Shown here in pieces: positions 28,619 through 37,287 of a stretch of 64,000 nucleotides of DNA. The stretch is from positions 3,168,001-3,232,000 of the forward strand of contig OZ242005.1 of NCBI GenBank assembly GCA_965204725.1, in the 5' to 3' direction. This DNA is from Candidatus Latescibacterota bacterium. GTDB lineage: Bacteria > Latescibacterota > UBA2968 > UBA8231. Made by a program: the position numbers and the translations under genes. Within the stretch, counting starts at the first letter, position 1, and each line of letters starts with the position of its first letter. The notes under the pieces were generated by a model. That model searched no databases. It saw only the letters and a program-made list of their open reading frames with translations, and was not told where the DNA came from.

Positions 28619-29605
28619 TCAGCCGCGCAGCGCGTGGCCGAGGTCAAAGGCGCGTTTGAGCCAGCGGCTCTTGTGGCCTACAACCGCGTAGTATGGCACG
28701 AGGTCGCAGCCAAAGCCGCGCTTGAAAAAGGCGATGGAGGGCAGGTTGGCGCCGACGAAGTCAAAATATGGGCGGGAACAGGTCGCCCAGTACTGCCAGA
28801 ACAAAAGCGAGTTGGCGCCGGTGTGGTTGAAGGCGGGGTCGGAGCCCCCGGTCCAGAAATAAGCGGTGTCGCGGCCTTCGACAAAAACCACGAGGCCGGC
28901 AGCCCCCCCGTCTGAAGCCGCGATTTTGTACGCCTTGGCGAGGCTGGCCTCTAGGACTAGAGCGACAAAGCGCTCGGCCATCGCCGAGGCGACCGGAGGG
29001 CCGCTGGTTTGGTTGGTGTACGTGGCTTCGTATTGCCGCCGAAAGAGCGCGGTGTCAGCGGTGGCTTGGAACTGATAGCCGAGTTTTTCGGCTTTGCGGA
29101 TGGCGCGGCGTCTGAGGGTCGCCAGCCCTTCCCAGAGGGTGTCGCTATCGCCGAGGGGCAGCCGATAGGTATAGCGCAGGTGCGCGTCCCAGCCTTGCCA
29201 AGTGAAGGGACGCACGTCGGCGATGGCCGGCGCGTGGACTAGGAAGACGCGGTGGTAGTGCTGGGCGATGTAGTTGAGCAGGTGCGTACAAGCGTGATGC
29301 TGGGCGGCTTCGGCCGTAGCGGGCCTTTTGCTGGCAACCGGGGCTAAGAGCAGGCCGGTGTGGGGCGTCAGTTCCGGGGTTTCGAGGCGGTAGAGGCCCC
29401 AACGCCAGCGGGCTAGGCCGCTGAGGCCGGCCACGAGGCGTCCATTGCGGTAGCAGCCGAGGCGGTGGACTTGACCGCCGGTCGCGGCGGCCGCACAGGC
29501 GAGCCATGCGCTGGTGGAGAACACCGTGCCGCCGATGGCTTGATAGACGAAGGCATCCCAAGCGGTGTCGTCGGCGACGAGCTGGATTTCGTAGGTGTCG
29601 GGCAT
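28619..29605 (-). CDS. GNAT-family (FemAB/CelD-like) acetyltransferase
   Basis: WD.FV, RR.IRKAEK.G, AYFW.GG, FDF.GAN, FK.GFG; start MPDTY at 29605. Confidence 0.8.
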   Translation of the reverse strand: MPDTYEIQLVADDTAWDAFVYQAIGGTVFSTSAWLACAAAATGGQVHRLGCYRNGRLVAGLSGLARWRWGLYRLETPELTPHTGLLLAPVASKRPATAEAAQHHACTHLLNYIAQHYHRVFLVHAPAIADVRPFTWQGWDAHLRYTYRLPLGDSDTLWEGLATLRRRAIRKAEKLGYQFQATADTALFRRQYEATYTNQTSGPPVASAMAERFVALVLEASLAKAYKIAASDGGAAGLVVFVEGRDTAYFWTGGSDPAFNHTGANSLLFWQYWATCSRPYFDFVGANLPSIAFFKRGFGCDLVPYYAVVGHKSRWLKRAFDLGHALRG

Positions 29606-29715
29606 GGCTCGCTGTTGGGGGCGGACGATTGCGGCTGAAATTGGCCGGAAGCCGAAAGAACCACATCTGCGTTTTCGCGTCAAGGCGATGGGAGCCGAGC
29701 GGATTGTGCGGCCTT

Positions 29716-29744
29716 TTGCAACTAAGGTTTGATTTTTCTATAAT
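29716..29744 (+). promoter_or_regulatory. sigma70 promoter of the dehydrogenase cluster
   Basis: TTGCAA-N17-TATAAT ending 16 nt before the ATG at 29761. Confidence 0.65.
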
Positions 29745-29760
29745 CCGTTAGGACTTACGC

Positions 29761-31758
29761 ATGGACCTCTTTGAATCGACATTCCCCCCCCGAAAAATTC
29801 GCTTCCGAGTTTCGGCACTTGTTCTTTTGCTCATGCTGTTGGCATGCGGTGACGACAATGCTCCCGACGGGGCGGAAGAACTGGGTACGCCAACCGAAAC
29901 CGTCGTTAGTGCTTCCGACAGACATCTTACGGTCGATTGGAACGAAATCCCCGGCGCGACGAGTTACAAGATCGCCGTCAGACAGAAGAACGGATTCGTC
30001 CCCCTCAAGTGGCGCGAATACACGGTGCCCACCGCGCCGTACACCATCGCGGATAGGTGGGCGCTGAGTGGGATGGAGTATGAGGTGCGGGTGGCCGCGG
30101 TCCACGCCCACGGGCAGTCCGAGTGGTCGGCCCCGGTCTCGATAACAGCCCCCGTGCTGCAAGCGGCCCCGGCCGATGCGATTAGCATCACCGCGCCCAC
30201 GGCCGAGGGAGACCCCATAGCCGTCAGCTTGCACAGTCAGCGTCCCTATAAGAACAAATCGCGGTGGAATTATTCTATTTGCAGTGCGGATGGGTCCGGG
30301 TGCAAGTTGTTGCCTAGGGCTTGGGCTTGGGCTTGGGATTCAGCGCGGCTGAGTCGGCTACACTGGATGGACCGGATGAGGGACAAAATGCAAGGGAAGC
30401 ACCTGTCGGTTCAGGTTGACTATGACAAAGAGGGGGTGTCGTATTCCGCAACGGCGGTGTTGGAGCTCGCGGACGCGGCTCCGGCTCCGGCCACTTTTGT
30501 CCCCGAATTAGCAGCCGGTTGCCCGCCGGTACGCCCGGATATAGGTGCAGATGGCTTGACTGCGGATGCGACTCATAAGACGCACTTGTATGCTCTGCAA
30601 TCGGCATCGGTAGGTCTCCGCTGGGACAGTGCGCGAGACGGGGCCATCGCGCGGGACTATGCACTCGGCGGGGCCATCGCGCCGTTGTGCAACGACCTGC
30701 TCGTGGCAACGACGCACGGACAGCTCGCGCTGGTGCGCCCAACCGGGGAGGTGGCGTATCTCAAAGGGAACGTGCCGATGAATAAGGAGGAACTCCTCGC
30801 GCACCCGGACAAAGCAAATTTTCACCTGTTGTGGTTTAGAGTGGCCGACATTTTGTTGAAATGGCATTCGGCCGGGCGGTATGAACTGTTTGTGACGCAT
30901 CACTATTTTACCGGCGAGTGCCTGCGGTTCCGGTTGTCCGCGACGACGCTTTTGCAGCAAGGCGCGGACGTTTCAGTGTCGCCGGAGTGGAGAACGATAT
31001 TCGACGCAGAACCCTGCCTACCAACCATACCCGGCATGAGAGGCGGCGAAGAAGCGGGCGGCAAGATGTTGATGGACGGCCCCGACCACTTGTTGGTCGT
31101 AATTGGAACTCATTCTCAAAATGAGTACGCTCAAGACCCGGCCTCGCACTTGGGCAAGCTCGTCCGCGTCGAAATCGCGACCGGCCATACAGAGGTACTG
31201 GCCTTCGGCCTTCGCAATCCGCAGGGGCTCGCATGGGATAGGGATGGCAACTTGTGGGAAACCGAGCACGGGCCGCAGGGTGGCGATGAACTCAACCTAC
31301 TGGAACCGGGCGGCAATTACGGTTGGCCTTGGGTTACTTATGGCGTCGGGTATGGAAGCTGGGTCAACGTGTCCCGAATCGAAAAGCTAGGCCGACACGA
31401 TAGCTTTGCAAAGCCCGTTTTCGCTTGGGTGCCGGCCATTGGCATCTCCAGCCTCATCGTCAATGACGAGCGCCTGTTCCCGCTGTGGAAAGACGATCTG
31501 CTGATCGGTGCGCTTTCAGGCTGGGATAAGGCCCACTCGCTCTATCGAGTTCGCCGCGATGGCACAGACGTGCAATACGTCGAGCGCATTAAGGTTGGCT
31601 ATCGGGTCCGAGATCTCGCGCAAATGCCGGATCGACGAATCGCGCTGTTGGCCGATCGGGGACGGGTCCATTTCCTGAGCCGATCCTACGCTGGGTGCGA
31701 CGATGAGTTAAAGTGGTTAAGCGTCTATGACGTTGACTGCGGGGAGAGGAGGCCATAG
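29761..31758 (+). CDS. lipoprotein: FN3 domain + PQQ-dependent sugar dehydrogenase (GSDH beta-propeller)
   Basis: Lipobox LLAC; FN3 pattern (LTV.W...PGA.SY...YEVRV.A...G.S.WS); GLRNPQG, ETEHGPQGGDELN, NYGWP. Confidence 0.8.
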   Translation: MDLFESTFPPRKIRFRVSALVLLLMLLACGDDNAPDGAEELGTPTETVVSASDRHLTVDWNEIPGATSYKIAVRQKNGFVPLKWREYTVPTAPYTIADRWALSGMEYEVRVAAVHAHGQSEWSAPVSITAPVLQAAPADAISITAPTAEGDPIAVSLHSQRPYKNKSRWNYSICSADGSGCKLLPRAWAWAWDSARLSRLHWMDRMRDKMQGKHLSVQVDYDKEGVSYSATAVLELADAAPAPATFVPELAAGCPPVRPDIGADGLTADATHKTHLYALQSASVGLRWDSARDGAIARDYALGGAIAPLCNDLLVATTHGQLALVRPTGEVAYLKGNVPMNKEELLAHPDKANFHLLWFRVADILLKWHSAGRYELFVTHHYFTGECLRFRLSATTLLQQGADVSVSPEWRTIFDAEPCLPTIPGMRGGEEAGGKMLMDGPDHLLVVIGTHSQNEYAQDPASHLGKLVRVEIATGHTEVLAFGLRNPQGLAWDRDGNLWETEHGPQGGDELNLLEPGGNYGWPWVTYGVGYGSWVNVSRIEKLGRHDSFAKPVFAWVPAIGISSLIVNDERLFPLWKDDLLIGALSGWDKAHSLYRVRRDGTDVQYVERIKVGYRVRDLAQMPDRRIALLADRGRVHFLSRSYAGCDDELKWLSVYDVDCGERRP

Positions 31759-31760
31759 TC

Positions 31761-33863
31761 GTGGTGAAACGAAAAATTTGCTCCCGAGTTTCGGCACTTG
31801 CTGTCTTGCTCATGCTGTTGGCGGTCGCGGCCGAAAGCACCCTTGACGCGGCGGAAGCCCTCGGTGCGCCCACCGAAGTCGCCGTTGGTGCTGTCAACAG
31901 ACGCCTTACCGTCGCTTGGCGCGAAATCCCCGGCGCGACGAGCTACACGATCGCCGTTAGACTGAAAAACGGATTCGTCCCCTTCGAGTGGCGCGAATAC
32001 ACGGCGACCTCCTCGCCCTACACCATCGGGAATATGTGGGCGATGAGCGGGATGGCGTATGAGGTGCGGGTGGCCGCGGTCCATGCCCACGGGCAATCCG
32101 AGTGGTCGGCCCCGGTTTCGATGACAGCCCCCGTGCTGCAAGCGGCTCCGGCCGATGCGATTGGCGGCTTCTCGTCCCCGTTGGTGGGACAACTCATAGC
32201 CGTTGACTTGCACAGCCAGCGTCCATTTGCGAACAGGTCGCCGTGGCATTGGTTCATTTTTAGCGCGGACGGGTTGGATCGCAAGGTATTGCCGTGGCGT
32301 CCCGATCGACCGTCTTGGCGGTATTTCATGGAGCCGGCCATGGAAGGGAAGCGCCTGTCGGTTCAGGTTGACTATGACAAAGAGGGGGTGTCGTACTCTG
32401 CGATGGCGAGGTTGGGCGTCGTCGGGGCCGCCCGGGTGCTGACGACGCACTTGTATGATCTGCAATCGTCGTGGGTTTGGCTCCAGTGGGAAGGCATCAG
32501 TGGTGGGGCTATCTCGCCGTTGGGCAACGATTTGCTCGTGGCAACGCCGCACGGGCGACTCGCACTGGTGCGGCCCACTGGGGAGGTGGCGCATCTCAAA
32601 GGGAACGTGCCGATGAATCGGGCCAAACTCCTCGCGCACCCGGACAAAGACAAGCTCCGCTATGACCGGTTTCGAGTGGCCGACATTTTGTTGAAACGGC
32701 ATTCGGCCGGGCGGTATGAACTGTTTGTGACGCATCACTATTTCACCGGGGCGTGTATGCGGTTCCGGCTGTCCGCGACGACGCTTTTGCAACAAGGCGA
32801 GCGCGTTTCGGTGTCGTCGGAATGGAGAACGATATTTGATGCAGAGCCGTGCGTGAGTGCCGCATCAACCGGCGAGGGCGGCCGGATGTTGACGGATGGC
32901 CCCGACCACTTGTTGGTCGTAATTGGAACTCATGGTCGAGAAGAATACGCTCAAGATCTGGCCTCGCACTTGGGCAAGCTCGTCCGCGTTGAAATCGCGA
33001 CCGGCCGGGCGGCGACGCTGGTCTCGGGCCTTCGCAATCCGCAGGGGCTGACCCGGGATGCGGCCGGCCACTTGTGGGAAACCGAGCACGGACCGCAAGG
33101 CGGCGATGAACTCAACGTGCTGGTCGCAGGCGGCAATTACGGTTGGCCGCAGGTTACGTACGGCGTTGAGCGTGAAAGAAAGGTCAAGGTGTCCCGCGCC
33201 GGAGAGGTGGGGCTACACGATGGCTTTGCAAAGCCCGTTTTCGCGTGGGTTCCGGCCATTGGCATCTCCAGCGTCGTCGTCAATGACGAGCGGTTGTTCC
33301 CGCTGTGGAGAGACGATTTGCTGATCGGTTCGCTTATAGGCCACGCGCTCTATCGAGTCCGGCGCGATGGCACGGAGGTGCAGTACGTCGAGCGCATTGA
33401 GGTGGGCAACCGGATTCGGGATCTCGCGCAAATGCCGGATCGCCGGATCGCGCTGTTGGCCGATGGGGGACTGGTCCATTTTCTGAGCCGGTCCTACGCC
33501 CACTGCGCCGATGAATCGAAGAGGGACCGCAACGTCTATGCGATCGACTGCCCGGATACGGTGGAGACCGTCGCGGCGACCGGTGCTCAGCTATACGGCG
33601 CGCATTGCAGCGGTTGTCACAGCCTGAATGCCGAGAAACACGGCATTGGTCCGCACCTCGTCGGGGTGCTGGGGCGGCGGGCGGGCGCGGTCAGCGGCTA
33701 CCTGTTCTCAGACGCGCTCCGCTCGCTGGACATGGTGTGGACGCCAGCCGACTTGGAACGATTTCTCGCCGATCCGAGGGCGTTTGCCCCGGGCACATCC
33801 AAGGAGTCGTTGGACCTCACTCAAGCGGAAGCCCGCGCCATCGCCGACTTCATCGGGGACTAG
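31761..33863 (+). CDS. exported FN3 + GSDH + C-terminal cytochrome c protein
   Basis: Same motifs as the upstream paralogue plus CSGCH, GPHL.GV.GR and W....L..FL.DP....PGT (class I cytochrome c). Confidence 0.85.
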   Translation: MVKRKICSRVSALAVLLMLLAVAAESTLDAAEALGAPTEVAVGAVNRRLTVAWREIPGATSYTIAVRLKNGFVPFEWREYTATSSPYTIGNMWAMSGMAYEVRVAAVHAHGQSEWSAPVSMTAPVLQAAPADAIGGFSSPLVGQLIAVDLHSQRPFANRSPWHWFIFSADGLDRKVLPWRPDRPSWRYFMEPAMEGKRLSVQVDYDKEGVSYSAMARLGVVGAARVLTTHLYDLQSSWVWLQWEGISGGAISPLGNDLLVATPHGRLALVRPTGEVAHLKGNVPMNRAKLLAHPDKDKLRYDRFRVADILLKRHSAGRYELFVTHHYFTGACMRFRLSATTLLQQGERVSVSSEWRTIFDAEPCVSAASTGEGGRMLTDGPDHLLVVIGTHGREEYAQDLASHLGKLVRVEIATGRAATLVSGLRNPQGLTRDAAGHLWETEHGPQGGDELNVLVAGGNYGWPQVTYGVERERKVKVSRAGEVGLHDGFAKPVFAWVPAIGISSVVVNDERLFPLWRDDLLIGSLIGHALYRVRRDGTEVQYVERIEVGNRIRDLAQMPDRRIALLADGGLVHFLSRSYAHCADESKRDRNVYAIDCPDTVETVAATGAQLYGAHCSGCHSLNAEKHGIGPHLVGVLGRRAGAVSGYLFSDALRSLDMVWTPADLERFLADPRAFAPGTSKESLDLTQAEARAIADFIGD

Positions 33864-33908
33864 GCCAAGCCGCTTGCTGGGGCGTTTTTGTTCGTTAGGG
33901 ACTTACGC

Positions 33909-35756
33909 ATGTACCTCTTTGGAACGACAGTGGCTGATAGTTGTCGTAAATTATTGAAAAACAATGATTTACCCCCCCCTCGAAAAATTCGCTTCCGAAT
34001 TTCAACGCTTGCTCTTTTGCTCATGCTGTTGGCTGCCGCTGGCTGCATGTACGTCAAAAGAACCCCCGACATTGAGTTCCCTACGCTCGGTAGGCCAACC
34101 GAAGTCGCCGTTGGTGCTTCCAACAGACGCCTGACCGTCGCTTGGCGCGAAGTCCCCGACGCGACGAGTTACAAGATCGCTGTCAGACCAAAAGACGAAC
34201 TCGTCCCTGCATGGCGCGAACACACGTCGCCCTCCTCGCCCTATACCATCGCAGATATGTGGGCGATGGGCGGGATGGCGTATGAGGTGCGGATGGCCGC
34301 GGTCAGTGCCGACAGACAATCCGAGTGGTCGGCTCCGGTTTCGATAACAGCCCCCGCGCTGCAAGCGGCCCCGGCCGATGCGATTGGCGGCTTCTGGTCC
34401 CCGGTGGTGGGACAACCCATAGCCGTTGGCGTGGGCAGCCAGTATCCACTTGAGAACCGGTCGCCGTGGCACTGGTTTATTTCCAGCGCGGACGGGTCTG
34501 ATCGCAAGGTATTGCCGAGGCTTCAGCATGCAAAGACTTGGCAGCATTTCATGGAGGCCTCAATGGAAGGGAAGCGCCTGTCGGTTCAGGTTGACTACGA
34601 CAAAGAGGGCGTGTCATACTCCGCGACAGCGGTGTTGGGCATCGTCGGTGACGCCCGGACGCTGACGACGCACTTGTATGATCTGCAATCGTCGTGGGTC
34701 TGGCTCCGCTGGGATCGCACCAGTGGTGGGGCCATCGCACCGTTGGGCAACGACTTGCTCGTGGCAACGCCACACGGGCAGTTCGATCTGGTGCGGCCAA
34801 CCGGGGAGGTGGCGCATCTCGAAGGGAATGTGCCGATGAATCGGGCCGAACTCCTCGCGCACCCGGACAAAGAAAATTTCCGCTTGAACGTGTTTCGAGT
34901 GGCCGACATTTTGTTGAAACGGCATTCGGCGGGGCGGTATGAACTGTTTGTGACGCATCACTATTTCACCGGTGAGTGCTGCCGGTTCCGGTTGTCCGCT
35001 ACGACGCTTCGGCAACAAGGTGCGACCGTTTCGGTATCGCCAGCATGGAGAACGATATTGGATGCAGAGCCGTGCGTGAGCCTCGCATCCAATCTAACCC
35101 TAGCGGGCGGCCGGATGTTGATGGACGGTCCCGACCACTTGTTGGTCGTAATTGGAACTCATAATCAAAATTACGCTCAAGACCTGGCCTCGCACTTGGG
35201 CAAGCTCGTCCGCGTCGAAATCGAGACCGGCAACACCGAGGTACTGGCCCGTGGCCTTCGCAATCCGCAGGGGCTGACCCGGGATGCGGCCGGCCGCTTG
35301 TGGGAAACCGAGCATGGGCCGCGAGGCGGCGATGAACTCAATGTGCTGGAACCGGGCGGCAACTACGGCTGGCCGCAGGTTTCCTATGGCGTCGAGTATG
35401 GAAACAAGGTCAACGTGCCCCACGCCGCAGAGGTGGGTCGTCACGACGGCTTCACAAAGCCCGTTTTCGCGTGGGTGCCGTCCATCGGCATCTCCAGCGT
35501 CATCGTCAATGACGAGCACTTGTTCCCGCTGTGGAAAGACGATTTGCTAATCGGTTCGCTTGCAGGCCACGCGCTCTTTCGCGTCCGGCGCGACGGTACG
35601 GCTGTGCAATACGTCGAGCGCATTGAGGTGGGCAACCGAATCCGGGATCTCGCGCAAATGCCGGATAGCCGGATCGCGCTGTTGGTCGATGGGGGCCGGG
35701 TCCATTTCCTGAGCCGATCCGACGCCGGCTGCGACGATGAGGCGAAGTGGGACTGA
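33909..35756 (+). CDS. probable lipoprotein: FN3 + GSDH paralogue
   Basis: AAAGC lipobox-like motif; GLRNPQG, ETEHGPRGGDELN, NYGWP; start chosen by similarity to the 29761 start context. Confidence 0.8.
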   Translation: MYLFGTTVADSCRKLLKNNDLPPPRKIRFRISTLALLLMLLAAAGCMYVKRTPDIEFPTLGRPTEVAVGASNRRLTVAWREVPDATSYKIAVRPKDELVPAWREHTSPSSPYTIADMWAMGGMAYEVRMAAVSADRQSEWSAPVSITAPALQAAPADAIGGFWSPVVGQPIAVGVGSQYPLENRSPWHWFISSADGSDRKVLPRLQHAKTWQHFMEASMEGKRLSVQVDYDKEGVSYSATAVLGIVGDARTLTTHLYDLQSSWVWLRWDRTSGGAIAPLGNDLLVATPHGQFDLVRPTGEVAHLEGNVPMNRAELLAHPDKENFRLNVFRVADILLKRHSAGRYELFVTHHYFTGECCRFRLSATTLRQQGATVSVSPAWRTILDAEPCVSLASNLTLAGGRMLMDGPDHLLVVIGTHNQNYAQDLASHLGKLVRVEIETGNTEVLARGLRNPQGLTRDAAGRLWETEHGPRGGDELNVLEPGGNYGWPQVSYGVEYGNKVNVPHAAEVGRHDGFTKPVFAWVPSIGISSVIVNDEHLFPLWKDDLLIGSLAGHALFRVRRDGTAVQYVERIEVGNRIRDLAQMPDSRIALLVDGGRVHFLSRSDAGCDDEAKWD

Positions 35757-35826
35757 AGCTCATAATGGGTTTATTTGGAGTCGCTTGAGCGCGGCTTTTC
35801 GCTTCGTTCAAAATAGCGAACATCGC

Positions 35827-35855
35827 TTGACATTCCTCCTAGCGCACCCTATATT
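35827..35855 (+). promoter_or_regulatory. sigma70 promoter of the ilv-leu operon
   Basis: TTGACA-N17-TATATT. Confidence 0.75.
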
Positions 35856-35903
35856 GAAAATTTCTCTAAATTGAAAGCTAACTGCTTGGATTACTTAGGT
35901 TTA

Positions 35904-36011
35904 ATGCCCATGAGTGCGCCGTTGCTGTCCGCGCGTATTTTCCGCCCGACGCCAGTGCGGCCGCACCTCCGACTTCTCCTCGACCTACTTATTATTGGCC
36001 GGCCGGTCTAG
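35904..36011 (+). CDS. putative branched-chain amino acid leader peptide (35 aa)
   Basis: MPMSAPLLSARIFRPTPVRPHLRLLLDLLIIGRPV*; Leu/Ile cluster just before the stop, located between the promoter and ilvC. Confidence 0.65.
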   Translation: MPMSAPLLSARIFRPTPVRPHLRLLLDLLIIGRPV

Positions 36012-36134
36012 TAGGCTTCGCTCCTCGTTTCACTTTTGACAGCCCAATTAACGGACGAAGCCGCTGAACGCGCAGGCTGTCAGCCAACTATGTCCATAAA
36101 ACAATCTCAACGCCCTCAGTGAAGGAGGATTTTC

Positions 36135-37127
36135 ATGCAAATGTACTACGACAACGACGCCAATCTCGATCTGCTCTCGGATAAGACCGTAGCCGTCATC
36201 GGCTATGGCAGCCAAGGCCACGCGCATTCGCTCAACCTTGCGGAAAGCGGCGTCGAGGTGGTGGTGGGCCTGCGCGCAGGTAGCCAGCGACGCGCTGAGG
36301 CCGAAGCCGCCGGGCTGGAGGTAGCCGATGTGGCCGAGGCCAGCCAGCGGGGCGATATCGTGGTGATCCTGATCAACGACGAGGTCCAAAAGGCCGTGTA
36401 CGAAGCCGATGTTCGCCCCCAGCTCAAAGCGGGCAACGCCCTCGCCTTTGCCCACGGATTTAACATCCACTTTGGGCAGGTGGTACCGCCGGCCGACGTC
36501 GATGTGTTCATGGTCGCGCCCAAAGGGCCGGGGCACTTGGTGCGCCGAGTGTACCAGCAGGGGGGAGGAGTGCCGGGCCTGTTGGCCATTTACCAAGACG
36601 CCACCGGCCGAGCGCACGAGGTCGGCTTGGCCTATGCCAAGGGGATTGGCTGCGGCCGGGCCGGAGTCATTGAGACGACCTTCCGCGAAGAAACCGAGAC
36701 CGACTTGTTCGGCGAGCAGGTCGTGCTGTGCGGCGGTTTGACCGAGCTAATCCGCGCGGGGTTTGACACGCTCGTCGAGGCTGGCTACCAGCCCGAGGTC
36801 GCTTATTTCGAGTGCCTACACGAGGTCAAGCTGATCGTCGATCTGATCTACGAGGGCGGCATTGCCAACATGCGCTCGTCGATTTCGGATACTGCGGAGT
36901 TTGGCGACTTGACGCGCGGGCGTCGGGTGATAACCGAGCAGACGCGGGCGGCGATGAAGCAAATTCTCGCCGACGTGCAAAACGGCCATTTTGCGCGGGA
37001 ATGGCTGGCCGAAAACCAAGTGGGCCGCCCGGTGTACAATGCGGTCAAGCGCCGCGATTCCGAGCACCTGATTGAGACCGTTGGCACCCGGCTGCGGGCG
37101 ATGATGAGTTGGTTGGACGACAAATAG
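36135..37127 (+). CDS. ilvC: ketol-acid reductoisomerase
   Basis: [37 protein letters not shown]. Confidence 0.97.
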   Translation: MQMYYDNDANLDLLSDKTVAVIGYGSQGHAHSLNLAESGVEVVVGLRAGSQRRAEAEAAGLEVADVAEASQRGDIVVILINDEVQKAVYEADVRPQLKAGNALAFAHGFNIHFGQVVPPADVDVFMVAPKGPGHLVRRVYQQGGGVPGLLAIYQDATGRAHEVGLAYAKGIGCGRAGVIETTFREETETDLFGEQVVLCGGLTELIRAGFDTLVEAGYQPEVAYFECLHEVKLIVDLIYEGGIANMRSSISDTAEFGDLTRGRRVITEQTRAAMKQILADVQNGHFAREWLAENQVGRPVYNAVKRRDSEHLIETVGTRLRAMMSWLDDK

Positions 37128-37287
37128 GAAATAGGACAATCCAAAAGGAGGTAAGCGCGATGGATCCCCTACTTAGCGAGTTGAGTTCCGATCCCGACCT
37201 TGGGTCGGTAGGCGGTCTCTACCCGGCTGGAGGGGGCTGTCTGCCGCTGGTACCACCTCATCCGGCCAGCTTAGGAAAGAGCACATC

